57,861 nt of DNA from a virus (lineage: Duplodnaviria; Caudoviricetes): positions 1 through 57,861 of IMG/VR virus record IMGVR_UViG_3300048996_000092; one strand, 5' to 3'. The translations under genes and the position numbers were made by a program. Numbering within the stretch: the stretch's first letter is position 1; each line of letters opens with the position of its first letter. Shown piece by piece: positions 8,822 through 18,274 of this stretch. The notes under the pieces were generated by a model. The model had not been told where the DNA came from. It ran no database searches and worked only from the letters and a program-made list of their open reading frames with translations.

Positions 8822-11156
8822 CATCGGCTCGCTTGTAATCGACCTTCTGCTGTCCACCGCCAGCTTTGACACAGACCTTGATAGGCAGGCGAAGGCGCTA
8901 AAGAAGCGCGTCGCGGAGATCGGCCGTGACGCGCAGACGATCGGCAAACGGGTAGCACAGGGCGCGCTAGCTACGGCTTCCGCATTCACCATCATGGTGA
9001 AGTCCGCGATCAACACCGCGGACGATTTGCGGGACCTTGGGCAAGCCACCGGCGTCAGTGTCGCAAATCTTTCTGAACTGGAACACGCGGCGCACCTTTC
9101 TGGGGCCGGCATTGAGGATGTCGCCACTGCATTTCGTCGGCTGACCATCAGCGCGATTGAATCCAAAGACTCAAACTCCAAGGCGGCGGCGGCATTCAAG
9201 GCGCTCGGCGTCTCTGCCACAAACGCCGATGGCTCACTCAAAGGAAGTGAAGAGCTTCTGCTGGATATTGCCGATGGATTCAGCAAATTTGCTGACGGAT
9301 CAGGTAAGGCCGCCGTTGGCCAAGCGCTACTGGGGCGCAATGCACAGAAGCTGATCCCGTTGCTGAATGAAGGGCGCGCTGGCATCGAGGCATTCAAGGA
9401 TGAAGCCCGAGCGTTGGGGCTGACCATCACCGATGAGACGGCCGCGGCGGCTGATGAGTTCAACGACAACCTGACCCGGTTAAAGGGCGGCATCACAGGG
9501 ATTGCGCGCGAGGCTTCAGCGCGGCTGTTGCCGACGTTGGTCGGCATCACAGACCAGCTCGTGGAGTTTGCGAAAGACGGCGACGCCGTCAACAAGGTGG
9601 TCGACCAGATTGAGGCGGGATTCAAGGCCCTAATTTCGTTGGGCGTAGCCGTCAAGATTGTCTTCGACGTGGTCGGCGGAGCAATAGGAACTCTTGCAGG
9701 CGCTGCGGCCAAACTGACGAAGGGACTCACTGCGGCCGACTTTGTCTCGCCTGCGCGGCTGTTGTTCAAGGTTGGCCAAAACGCTATTGAAGCAGGCGAC
9801 GCCTTCGATCACCTCGGCGAAGGCTTCGGCGACATCGCCGATCAAGTGGGCAAGGACGTCAAGTTCATCGACGGCCTATGGAACGGCTTCGATGAAACGC
9901 TAAACGAAGTGGTAGTAACGGCGAAAAAAATCAAGCCGGTACTCAAGTTTGGTGACGAGGAAACCAGCAAGGCGGTTGCCAAGGCGACCAAGACGCTGGA
10001 GGAATTCCGCCAGGGTCTTCTGGAGCAGGTTGCAACGTTCGGCCTGGGTGAGGCGGCGGCGACCAAGTATCGGCTTGAGTTCGGCAATCTTTCCGATGAA
10101 GTCAAGAAGTCCGGCGAAAAGGGACTGGCGATAAAGGACGGCATCCTAGCTGCCGCGAACTTCAAGCAAGCCCAGGAAGACACCAAGCTCCTCGGCGAAG
10201 CCATCACCGACATCAACATTCAACTGGACGAGCTGGCCGGCAAGGACGTGTCGGCCGCGCTGTCTCGATTCGATCAGCAGAACGCGGAACTTCGCAAAAC
10301 CATCGCCCGCAGTGGCACAGCCGCGGACAAGGAAAAGCTGGACGCCTTGCGCGTCCAGATTGGCGCGCAGGCGGAGTTCAACCAGCTGCAGAAAGAGGCT
10401 GGCGCGATCACGGACGAGCTGGCGCGCGAAGAGGAGCGCATTAGGAACACACAGGAGACTGGCGCGCTAACCGAGCTGGACTCATTGCTTGCTCTCGATG
10501 AGGCGCGGAAGAAAGCGCTGGTGCAGCTGGAGGCCATTCACGCCAAGCAGAAGGAAATCGCCGCTCAAAGCGGTAACCCTGCGCTCATAGAGGGCGCGCA
10601 AAAGGCCGGGGCGGAAATCGACGCGCTGGCAGCGCAGACGGATCTACTCGCCAAAAAACTTCGGTCCGGTTTTGAAGACGCCGGCACTGACGCCTTTGCG
10701 GGGTGGATCAGCGGCGCACAGTCTGCTGGAGATGCCTTCGACCAATTTATCGGGGACATCGAAAAGCAGATCACTGCGTTGGTTGCAAAGCAGCTGGTGC
10801 AGAAACTGTTCAGCAGTTTTTTTGGCCAGACAGGAAACACCGGCGCCGCAGCAGCTGGCGGCGGATCGGGCGGTGGTACGGATTACTTTGCGCTCATCGC
10901 ATCACTGTTCGGTGGCGGCAAGGCGTACGGAGGTCCTGTTGCCGCCGGGACCATGTACCGCGTCAACGAGCGGGAACCGGAATTCTTCAAGCCAAACGTC
11001 GGCGGCAAAGTCGTCCCGCTTTCACAGATGGGCAACACAGGTGGTCAAGTGACGCAGAACATCAACGTGCGCGGCGATGTGACAGAGAAGAGCGCCCAAC
11101 AGTTGGCTGTTGAGACCGCCCGGCGGCAGCGCGCTGCAAGTTCAAGGCTGGGCTGA
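8814..11156 (+). CDS. Tape measure protein
   Basis: 780 aa, Ala-rich helical; N-term IGSLVIDL..TASF; C-term AYGGPV..YRVNEREPEFF. Confidence 0.93.
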   Translation: MANIGSLVIDLLLSTASFDTDLDRQAKALKKRVAEIGRDAQTIGKRVAQGALATASAFTIMVKSAINTADDLRDLGQATGVSVANLSELEHAAHLSGAGIEDVATAFRRLTISAIESKDSNSKAAAAFKALGVSATNADGSLKGSEELLLDIADGFSKFADGSGKAAVGQALLGRNAQKLIPLLNEGRAGIEAFKDEARALGLTITDETAAAADEFNDNLTRLKGGITGIAREASARLLPTLVGITDQLVEFAKDGDAVNKVVDQIEAGFKALISLGVAVKIVFDVVGGAIGTLAGAAAKLTKGLTAADFVSPARLLFKVGQNAIEAGDAFDHLGEGFGDIADQVGKDVKFIDGLWNGFDETLNEVVVTAKKIKPVLKFGDEETSKAVAKATKTLEEFRQGLLEQVATFGLGEAAATKYRLEFGNLSDEVKKSGEKGLAIKDGILAAANFKQAQEDTKLLGEAITDINIQLDELAGKDVSAALSRFDQQNAELRKTIARSGTAADKEKLDALRVQIGAQAEFNQLQKEAGAITDELAREEERIRNTQETGALTELDSLLALDEARKKALVQLEAIHAKQKEIAAQSGNPALIEGAQKAGAEIDALAAQTDLLAKKLRSGFEDAGTDAFAGWISGAQSAGDAFDQFIGDIEKQITALVAKQLVQKLFSSFFGQTGNTGAAAAGGGSGGGTDYFALIASLFGGGKAYGGPVAAGTMYRVNEREPEFFKPNVGGKVVPLSQMGNTGGQVTQNINVRGDVTEKSAQQLAVETARRQRAASSRLG

Positions 11157-11749
11157 TGTCGTTCATTGAGACGCGACTACTTGATTGTGTCGCGTACGGA
11201 ACTCAGGGCGGCCCAACGTGGAGCACCCGAAAGATTGCCTTACGTTCTGGGATCGTGCGGCGAAACGCAAACCGAAGTAGGCCTCTGTACAGGTTCATCG
11301 TGCTGTATCAGAACCTGCGCGCGGCAGATCACGAGGAAGTGATTGGGGCCTTCAACGCGTGCCGCGGCGGCCTGTTCGGTTTCAGGCTCAAGGATTGGTC
11401 GGACTTCCGCGGCACAAATGAACTGATTGGCCTTGGCACCGGAGCACCGCAGACCGTGCAGCTGGCCAAGCTTTACGAGTTCGGCGCCCAGAACGTATCC
11501 CGCCCCATTAGAAAGCCCGTCAGCGTCTCCCTAACTGATGACGGCGCGCCGCTGGCTTCATCCACTGACATGACCACCGGCGAGGTTACGTTCACCGGCT
11601 CCAACGGCGGCGTGATTCGCTGGTCTGGCGAATTCGATGTGCCAGTTACGTTTGAACAGGATGAGCTGATGTTTGATGCAGTTAATCGCTCCAGCACCGG
11701 CCTGATTCTCACGGCGGACGTCGGGCTACTCGAAGACGTGAGCGCATGA
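11156..11749 (+). CDS. Distal tail protein (DUF2460-like)
   Basis: YGTQGGPTWST, FNACRG..FRLKDWSD, GEFDVPVTF. Confidence 0.88.
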   Translation: MSFIETRLLDCVAYGTQGGPTWSTRKIALRSGIVRRNANRSRPLYRFIVLYQNLRAADHEEVIGAFNACRGGLFGFRLKDWSDFRGTNELIGLGTGAPQTVQLAKLYEFGAQNVSRPIRKPVSVSLTDDGAPLASSTDMTTGEVTFTGSNGGVIRWSGEFDVPVTFEQDELMFDAVNRSSTGLILTADVGLLEDVSA

Positions 11750-12696
11750 GGGAGGTGCCGGTCGCACTCCAGGCTCACCTGGACCAAGTCGACAACACCA
11801 CAACGCGCCTCATCAAAATCACGCTACGCAGCGGCTTCACATACGGTCTGGCAATGCTGGATCGGAATGTCACCTACGACGATGGCGGCGGTGAAGGTGA
11901 AATCCAATACATCGCGACGCACGGCTTCGACGCGGCGGCGTTGAGCGCAGACATCGGCTATTCGGTAGACAACGCCGAAATTTATTCCCTCGTCTCCGAA
12001 ACCGTTGATGGAATCACCACGGCAATGGTGGACGCTGGCGAGCTGGATGACGCCACGTGGATTTGCTACCTCGTGAACTACGAGGACCTGACTATGGGCC
12101 ACGTCATGCTCGATGCTGGCGACTTGGGGGAAGTGCGCACGCGCTACGGCATGGTGTGGATACCCGAGCTGCTGTCCTACGGGATGCGGCTACGGCAGAC
12201 GGTGGGCTCTGTATGGTCGCGCAAGTGCCGAGCCATCTTTGGATCTCCGGCGAATTCGCAGACCGGATGCGGCGTCAACCTCGTGCCGCTGTGGGTTTCC
12301 GGTGAAGTGATTGCCATTGGCGATGAAAGCACCCGCACTTTCGTTGGGGATGCCGTTACCGCGACGGGCGGTGAGGTGCCGTTCCCTGGTCGCGTTCAAT
12401 GGCTGACTGGCGCCAACGCAGGCAGAGAGTACGCCACAGAGGAAATCGCCAGTGACGGCGAGACCGTGTCTCTCATTGAGACAACTGGGTATCCCATCGA
12501 AGTCGGCGACACCTATCGAATTCGGCCGGACTGCAGCAAGCGCTTTGTCGAGGACTGCATAGACGTTTGGGACAACGGCCCCAACTTCAAAGGCGAGCCA
12601 TACATTCCGGTGGGTGATGCATCGGCGGTCCAGTCGCCCGGCGCAGAGGTTCCCGGCGGTGGCGGACATCGGCCTGGGCCGAAGCAGGACGTATGA
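11746..12696 (+). CDS. Tail hub protein (DUF2163/BR0599-like)
   Basis: CRAIFG..GCGV, PDCSKRF..C..NFKGEPYIP Cys pattern. Confidence 0.88.
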   Translation: MREVPVALQAHLDQVDNTTTRLIKITLRSGFTYGLAMLDRNVTYDDGGGEGEIQYIATHGFDAAALSADIGYSVDNAEIYSLVSETVDGITTAMVDAGELDDATWICYLVNYEDLTMGHVMLDAGDLGEVRTRYGMVWIPELLSYGMRLRQTVGSVWSRKCRAIFGSPANSQTGCGVNLVPLWVSGEVIAIGDESTRTFVGDAVTATGGEVPFPGRVQWLTGANAGREYATEEIASDGETVSLIETTGYPIEVGDTYRIRPDCSKRFVEDCIDVWDNGPNFKGEPYIPVGDASAVQSPGAEVPGGGGHRPGPKQDV

Positions 12697-13112
12697 GCGC
12701 GGAGGATTTTGTTGCCGCAGCTCGTCAACTGAAAGGCGCGCGATGGCGGCACCGCGGCCGTAAACCGTGGGCGGTTGACTGCATTGGTGTTCTCAAGCTG
12801 TCAGGAGATGCGTGCGGCCTGAACCTGAGAGACCAGATTGGATATGGACGAGAACCCTGGGAGGACCGTCTGCGCAGCGCGATGCGCGAGCACTTCGGCG
12901 ATCCTGTGCCTCCGCCGTGGCGCCCTGGCGATGTGCCTTTAATCCGCTGGGGCAAAGGTGAGCCGTCGCATGTGGGGATCTTGGGAGATCACCCTGACGG
13001 CGGTCTGACGCTCATTCACGCGCACAACCTTCATGGCGTGGTTGAAAACTCTCTCACCGGCAACTACGCGCGCTGCGTGATTGAAGTTTATCGCCCGTGG
13101 CGGGAGGACTGA
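12693..13112 (+). CDS. NlpC/P60 tail-tip peptidase
   Basis: WRHRGR..VDCIG, PSHVGI, LIHAH. Confidence 0.88.
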   Translation: MSAEDFVAAARQLKGARWRHRGRKPWAVDCIGVLKLSGDACGLNLRDQIGYGREPWEDRLRSAMREHFGDPVPPPWRPGDVPLIRWGKGEPSHVGILGDHPDGGLTLIHAHNLHGVVENSLTGNYARCVIEVYRPWRED

Positions 13113-13115
13113 CGC

Positions 13116-14171
13116 GTGTCAACCCGTCAGATCCTCGGCACCGTTGGCGCGGCGGTCGGCGCATATTTCTTTGGACCACAGGGAGCACAGTGGGGTTGGG
13201 TGATCGGCTCTGCTATCGGCGGGGCGATTGATCCGGAAATCATCAAGGGCCCCAGTGTCGGCGACATTGCCGCTCAGACGAGTCAGGAGGGCATACCGCG
13301 GCCGATTGTGTTCGCACTATCGCCGCCCATGGCCGGCAACATCATTGCCAGTGGCGAGCCGCGAATAGTCAGACGTCGCGAGAGCCAGGGAAAGGGTGGA
13401 CCAAAGGTTGAGACTGAATCGGTCTATCGCACGTACGCCATCGGCGTGTGCGAGGGGCCGATCACACGCTTCGTTCGCGTGTGGAGAAACAACCAGCTTG
13501 TCTATGACGCCGAAAATGAAGCGATGGGCGGCGACATACCTTTTGATTTTTTGGGTCAGCACCACACCACGCCCGGTGAGAACGGCCAATTCCTCAACAC
13601 CGGCCGGTTTTTTCTTGGCGGCTGGGATCAGGACCCATCACCGGATCTTGAGATTGTTTTCGGCGTTGGATTGACGCCATCGCACCGCGGAACGGCATAC
13701 ATGGTGATGGCGGACGAGGATCTGACCGACCTCCGCGGCGCCATTCCGCAATTTCAGTTTCAGGTCGAGCGGTGCGAAGGATTCTTTCTCACCAGTCGTC
13801 CGTATGCGTTGGAGCACATCGACGCCGTAGGCAGCGATCACGCGGAGCCGGACGACAGCCGGCTCATGGAATTGATGATCGAGGGAATGCAGAGCGAGCA
13901 CGTCCAGCCGCGCTTCGGCGAGATATTCGGCGGCCTTGTTGAGTACGAGGATGCCGAGCCGGAGGGCATGGAGTCGCTTCACGTGGAGCCGCTATTCGGC
14001 GACATCTTCGGCGGGCTCGTTACCTACGAAGATGCCGAGCCGGAGGGCGTGGAATCCGGTCTGGTCGAACCGCTATTCGGCGAATTGTTCGGCGACCTTG
14101 TTGAGTATGAGAACTGGCCGCCAGAGGGCATCGACTCGTTGCTTACGCCCTTGGATGGCACCCTGGAGTGA
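13116..14171 (+). CDS. Tail tip protein, N-terminal part, ending in 27-aa repeats
   Basis: GKGGPK..YAIGVCEGPI..RVW, HRGTAYMV, GAIPQFQFQV. Confidence 0.8.
   Translation: MSTRQILGTVGAAVGAYFFGPQGAQWGWVIGSAIGGAIDPEIIKGPSVGDIAAQTSQEGIPRPIVFALSPPMAGNIIASGEPRIVRRRESQGKGGPKVETESVYRTYAIGVCEGPITRFVRVWRNNQLVYDAENEAMGGDIPFDFLGQHHTTPGENGQFLNTGRFFLGGWDQDPSPDLEIVFGVGLTPSHRGTAYMVMADEDLTDLRGAIPQFQFQVERCEGFFLTSRPYALEHIDAVGSDHAEPDDSRLMELMIEGMQSEHVQPRFGEIFGGLVEYEDAEPEGMESLHVEPLFGDIFGGLVTYEDAEPEGVESGLVEPLFGELFGDLVEYENWPPEGIDSLLTPLDGTLE
13881..14168 (+). repeat. 81-nt (27-aa) coding tandem repeat, about 3.5 copies
   Basis: EGxxSxxVxPxFGxxFGxLVxYE units start at 13881, 13962, 14043 and 14124. Confidence 0.85.
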
Positions 14172-15184
14172 AAACCCCCATGACAGCGAATAAAGCACCG
14201 CACCTCTGGACGCGGCGACCGAAGATCCTGGAGCCGAATAAGGAGATCCTTATCGCGCCCACGGTGTGCGGCTTCTTCAAGCTCGAAGCTGTGCGGCCGA
14301 ACGGGCAACGGCGGCTGCTGGCCGACTGGTTCCCGAACCTGATAGTGGACACCGGCCTTGATTATATTGGCGACAACGGCGATTGGATCAACGGCTGCGT
14401 CGTTGGAACCGGCAACTCTGCGCCAGCCAATGGCGATACCGCTCTCGATACGCAGCTCGCGCTAACTACCAACAAGACGGAACTCGACGCCGCCATGAAC
14501 GTGACGGCTGACCGGTACGCGCGAGCACTGCACACTTTCCGATTCTCTACCGGCGCCGCCGAGGGCAACCTTGCAGAGATCGGTATCAAGGCGGGCGGCA
14601 GCAATCCGCTTTGGTCGCGCGCACTAATTCTTGACGGCGGCGGCAGCCCGACGACAGTCACCGTCCTGGCGGACGAAGCGCTCGACACATCATATGAGCT
14701 GCGCCACTACCCGCCACTTGATGACCTTGAGACAACCATGGTCATCAGCGGCGTTACGTACGACGTAGTCGTGCGCGCAATGGAAGTCGATTCCCAATGG
14801 CCGATAGTGGGAGCCTTCCAGGCAACAGGGTGGCGCGCCGGCGTAACAAACAGTCTGCCGTCGTTCTACGGCTCAACGAGCACGCTAGGCGCTGTGACGG
14901 CCGGCCCAAGCGGCGGAGCTGCGGGCGGCTCCACGGGCGCCAACGTTGCATATACCCCAGGCAGCCTCGTGCGCGACTTTTCGTTCTCAGCCGGGCTGAC
15001 CGCCGCGAACGCCAGTGGCGGCATCGGGGCTATCGCTATGCCGCTCGGCTTTCAGGGAAGTTCCTCAGGCGAGGCGCGCCAAGGATTAGCGTTCCAGCTG
15101 AGCTTCGACCCGCCGATTCCAAAAGACGGCTCGAACAATATGGTGCTGAACTTCCGCCAGTCCTGGGCGCGAAGGAGCATCTGA
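14168..15184 (+). CDS. Virion structural (tail) protein
   Basis: WFPNLIVDTGLD..CVVGTGNSAP, GNLAEIG, LWSRALILD; Gly/Ser/Thr-rich. Confidence 0.7.
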   Translation: MKTPMTANKAPHLWTRRPKILEPNKEILIAPTVCGFFKLEAVRPNGQRRLLADWFPNLIVDTGLDYIGDNGDWINGCVVGTGNSAPANGDTALDTQLALTTNKTELDAAMNVTADRYARALHTFRFSTGAAEGNLAEIGIKAGGSNPLWSRALILDGGGSPTTVTVLADEALDTSYELRHYPPLDDLETTMVISGVTYDVVVRAMEVDSQWPIVGAFQATGWRAGVTNSLPSFYGSTSTLGAVTAGPSGGAAGGSTGANVAYTPGSLVRDFSFSAGLTAANASGGIGAIAMPLGFQGSSSGEARQGLAFQLSFDPPIPKDGSNNMVLNFRQSWARRSI

Positions 15185-15186
15185 GA

Positions 15187-15780
15187 ATGCTGCCGGATGA
15201 AGTGCTCTCCACGGTTTCGCTGCCGGCGCAGTTCATATTTCCGCGCAACATTCCGCGTCGGCATCTCATCGACTACGAATACGGCGGTGCTGGCATAAAC
15301 GATCCGCAGGGAAGCTTGCGCCTGAAAGTCTGGAAGGGCGAGTACATCGAAAACGAGGTCGTGCTGTCGGCCACGGGCGTCGCGCCGGTGTCGGTACTGG
15401 CCATCGAGGGATTGTCGGATTTCTCTTTCACGTTCGACCGCAACATGCGGCTCGCGGTCGCTTACGAGTTTGAAGACGGCAGTACGCCGCGCTTCCGCTG
15501 GTTCGATACGATCGCCAACGACTATGTGACGCTTGTATTGCCGTCTGGCTCGATCACGCCACGCTGTGCGCACGACGATAACCGCGACAATCAAAGCGGC
15601 ATCTCCGACATCATTCTCGCGTACTGCCGCGCAGGCTCCCTGTACTTCCGCGCACAGCGCGAGCGCTACGCAGAAGAACACCTGCTAAGCGCGGAGGCTG
15701 GGGAATCCGGCCTCATACAGATCGGGATGAACAGCGGCTGGCGGTTGCAGTTCCAGCTGTCCACGGCGTCCACGACGTAA
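15187..15780 (+). CDS. Virion structural (tail) protein
   Basis: DYEYGG..NDP, SFTFDRNMR, SDIILAY, QIGMN..RLQF; tail context. Confidence 0.7.
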   Translation: MLPDEVLSTVSLPAQFIFPRNIPRRHLIDYEYGGAGINDPQGSLRLKVWKGEYIENEVVLSATGVAPVSVLAIEGLSDFSFTFDRNMRLAVAYEFEDGSTPRFRWFDTIANDYVTLVLPSGSITPRCAHDDNRDNQSGISDIILAYCRAGSLYFRAQRERYAEEHLLSAEAGESGLIQIGMNSGWRLQFQLSTASTT

Positions 15781-17396
15781 TGGCTTACTGCACGTACTCC
15801 CTATCAACAGTGGTGATGGAGTTGGCGATTCGCGCGGGCATGGACCCGCGCAACATCGACGTACAACGACTGGATGCGCAGGTTCGCGGTTTCGCGGTAA
15901 TTAACACCTATCCGTGCACGGAGGCATTGCGCGCGCTCTCTCAGGTATTCCTGTTCGATCCGTCAGGCTATGACGGGCAGGTGCACTTTACGCCCAGAGG
16001 CGACGACACCATTGCCACCGTCACGGAAAACGACATGCTCAACGACGAGCAGGATATCGAGCAGACGCGGCGGTCTGATGGGATTCAGATCCCGCGCGTG
16101 TTGCACCTGAACTACTACGACGTTGCAGGCGGCCTCGCAACCGAGAAGCAGTCTAGCGAGCGTTCTGGAGATCACCGCGCCACCGGCGAGACGTCGCTGC
16201 AATCCGCCGTGCTGATGAATGCAGAGGAAGCAGCGCACACAATCGCCATCAATCACAAGCTGATGGCGGAAGAGCAGGGCGGAGAGCTGAAGTTCTGCCT
16301 GCCTGACAAGTGGCTGCGCATCGTTCCCGCCAGCACGTTGTTCGTGCAGTGGCAGGGAAAAACCGTTCGGACGCGCGTCATCAAGATCGTGACCAACGAG
16401 GGCTATCAGGAATACGCGCTACTGCGTGATCGCCAGAGCGCCTACACATCTAACCTTGAGGCGTTTCCGGTTTCGCCGCCGTCCTCGCCACCGTCCAACG
16501 TAGTCGGTCCAACCGTCATTGTTCCGCTCGACATCCACATCCTACGGGACGCAGACGATGCCCAGGGGCTGATCTACTACGTGGCACTGACGGGCCTTCT
16601 AGGCGCATGGACCGGAGCCCTGGTGGAACTCAGCTATGACGGCGGCGCGAACTATATCGACGCCGGCTCTAGCAGTCTCTCGGCGGTTATTGGGGAACTG
16701 GTCTCAACGCTGGGGGATCACCCGCAGGAGTTTCCTGATGAAGTGAACTCCTGCACCGTGCGGATTCATACGCCGTTCGCCGAACTTGAAGGAGGAACGC
16801 TCACTGAACTCCTGAATCGCGCCAACCTCGCGATCATCGGTAACGAGATCATTCAGTTTGGCAACGCCGATGAGACGTCGGATGGCGTCTGGGATCTGTC
16901 GTACTTCATTCGCGGGCGCAAAGGCACCACAACCGCGGCGCACGCTATCGGTGAGCGCTTCGTGCTGCTGGACGCAAACGCCCTCATTCGGGTGAACGCA
17001 AGCTTGGTGGACATTGGGCGAACGCTGACGTTTCGCGCCACCAGTTTTGGCACCAATCAAGACGACGGCATTGTGGTGAGCATGGTCTACGCGGGGCGCT
17101 CACAGATTGAGCGTGAGCCTGGATACGTGCGCGCCAGACGTGAAGGGACGGACGCCATTGTTGATTGGCAGGGCGTGGCGCGTCTTGGCGCTGGCGCGGT
17201 CACGGTTCACGGCGAGCGGTTCGACGGATATCGCGTGACTTTCTCTGACGGGACCAACCCCGTCATCAGCGTCGACACAGACGCGCAAACACTGACGCAA
17301 AGCATCGCCGCGCTGGGCTCGCCCGTGACCATTGGCGTCCGGCAGCTTAACGAACTGACCGGAGCCGGGCCGACTATCGAGGTGATCATTACATGA
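15780..17396 (+). CDS. Tail tip protein, C-terminal part (Phage-tail_3-like)
   Basis: RAGMDP..VRGF..ALRALSQVFLFD..HFTPRG; ANLAIIGNEIIQF; RGRKGT..HAIGERFVLL. Confidence 0.85.
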   Translation: MAYCTYSLSTVVMELAIRAGMDPRNIDVQRLDAQVRGFAVINTYPCTEALRALSQVFLFDPSGYDGQVHFTPRGDDTIATVTENDMLNDEQDIEQTRRSDGIQIPRVLHLNYYDVAGGLATEKQSSERSGDHRATGETSLQSAVLMNAEEAAHTIAINHKLMAEEQGGELKFCLPDKWLRIVPASTLFVQWQGKTVRTRVIKIVTNEGYQEYALLRDRQSAYTSNLEAFPVSPPSSPPSNVVGPTVIVPLDIHILRDADDAQGLIYYVALTGLLGAWTGALVELSYDGGANYIDAGSSSLSAVIGELVSTLGDHPQEFPDEVNSCTVRIHTPFAELEGGTLTELLNRANLAIIGNEIIQFGNADETSDGVWDLSYFIRGRKGTTTAAHAIGERFVLLDANALIRVNASLVDIGRTLTFRATSFGTNQDDGIVVSMVYAGRSQIEREPGYVRARREGTDAIVDWQGVARLGAGAVTVHGERFDGYRVTFSDGTNPVISVDTDAQTLTQSIAALGSPVTIGVRQLNELTGAGPTIEVIIT

Positions 17397-18274
17397 GCGA
17401 CACACCAAACGTTGGACTGCCTCTTGTTCCGGAGGGCACGTTAGATCCAGCGGCGGGACTCAATCTTGCGCTCATCGTTGCGGATGCTTTGATTCAGACC
17501 GGCGTCATTTCCATGGCGCTGACGGCGCCGCCGGTGGGGCCTTCTGACGGCGATATGTACATCGTCGCAGGTGAGGGCGGCGTGGCGACGGGCGCATGGG
17601 TAGGAGAGGAAGACAACCTAGCGCGCTATGTCGCCCAGGGCACGTTCTGGCAGTTCTATCAGGCCGGCAGTCAGGTCAAGTTCATACTCAACGTCGATAA
17701 CGATGGGTTCTACAAGTTCACCGGCGGAACCGGCGGATCATGGAGTCTAGCCGCGGGACTTGGCGACGCCCCTTCAGACGGCGCGCTCTACGGACGCAAG
17801 GATGCAACGTGGGAGGAGATCAGCCTAACGCTCACTGATGAGCAAAGTTCTCCGACGGAAGTTGAGAACGTAACCGCGATCATAGTGGGCGACGGTCTTG
17901 TTCTTTCCCAAGACACCGCCGGCATAGCGCGACTTGAAGCCGTGCAAACGACGACATTCGCGGCAGTCATCACGGAATCTGGAACGTCGCGCAATGCATT
18001 GCCTGCCGCTGCGGGCGCGTATGTCAGGTTCACCAACGCGGCTGCCAAAGAATATGTTTTTGACGACACAGCTGGTTACACGCTAGGCCAGGAGTTCCAC
18101 GGCCGCAACGTCGGCGCAGGCGATCTTGAAATCACGCCGACGACGGGCATGACCATCAATGCGCCATTCGGAGGCTCACTGGTGATCCCTCAGGATGGCA
18201 CGTTCACTGTAAAAATCGTGGCCGTTGATGGTAGCGAAGCGGATCTGTTCGGCGCCACGGAGCAGGTCACATGA
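17393..18274 (+). CDS. DUF2793-domain tail fibre/adaptor
   Basis: TPNVGLPL..NLAL..DAL..TAPP..DGDMYIV..ATGAW. Confidence 0.8.
   Translation: MSDTPNVGLPLVPEGTLDPAAGLNLALIVADALIQTGVISMALTAPPVGPSDGDMYIVAGEGGVATGAWVGEEDNLARYVAQGTFWQFYQAGSQVKFILNVDNDGFYKFTGGTGGSWSLAAGLGDAPSDGALYGRKDATWEEISLTLTDEQSSPTEVENVTAIIVGDGLVLSQDTAGIARLEAVQTTTFAAVITESGTSRNALPAAAGAYVRFTNAAAKEYVFDDTAGYTLGQEFHGRNVGAGDLEITPTTGMTINAPFGGSLVIPQDGTFTVKIVAVDGSEADLFGATEQVT

Noticed and set aside
8738-9769. 343-aa ORF antisense to the tape measure gene, and similar shadow ORFs elsewhere
   Set aside because: Expected antisense open frames in high-GC coding DNA
13881-14168. DGR template/variable repeats
   Set aside because: Differences are not adenine-specific and there is no reverse transcriptase; these are coding tandem repeats
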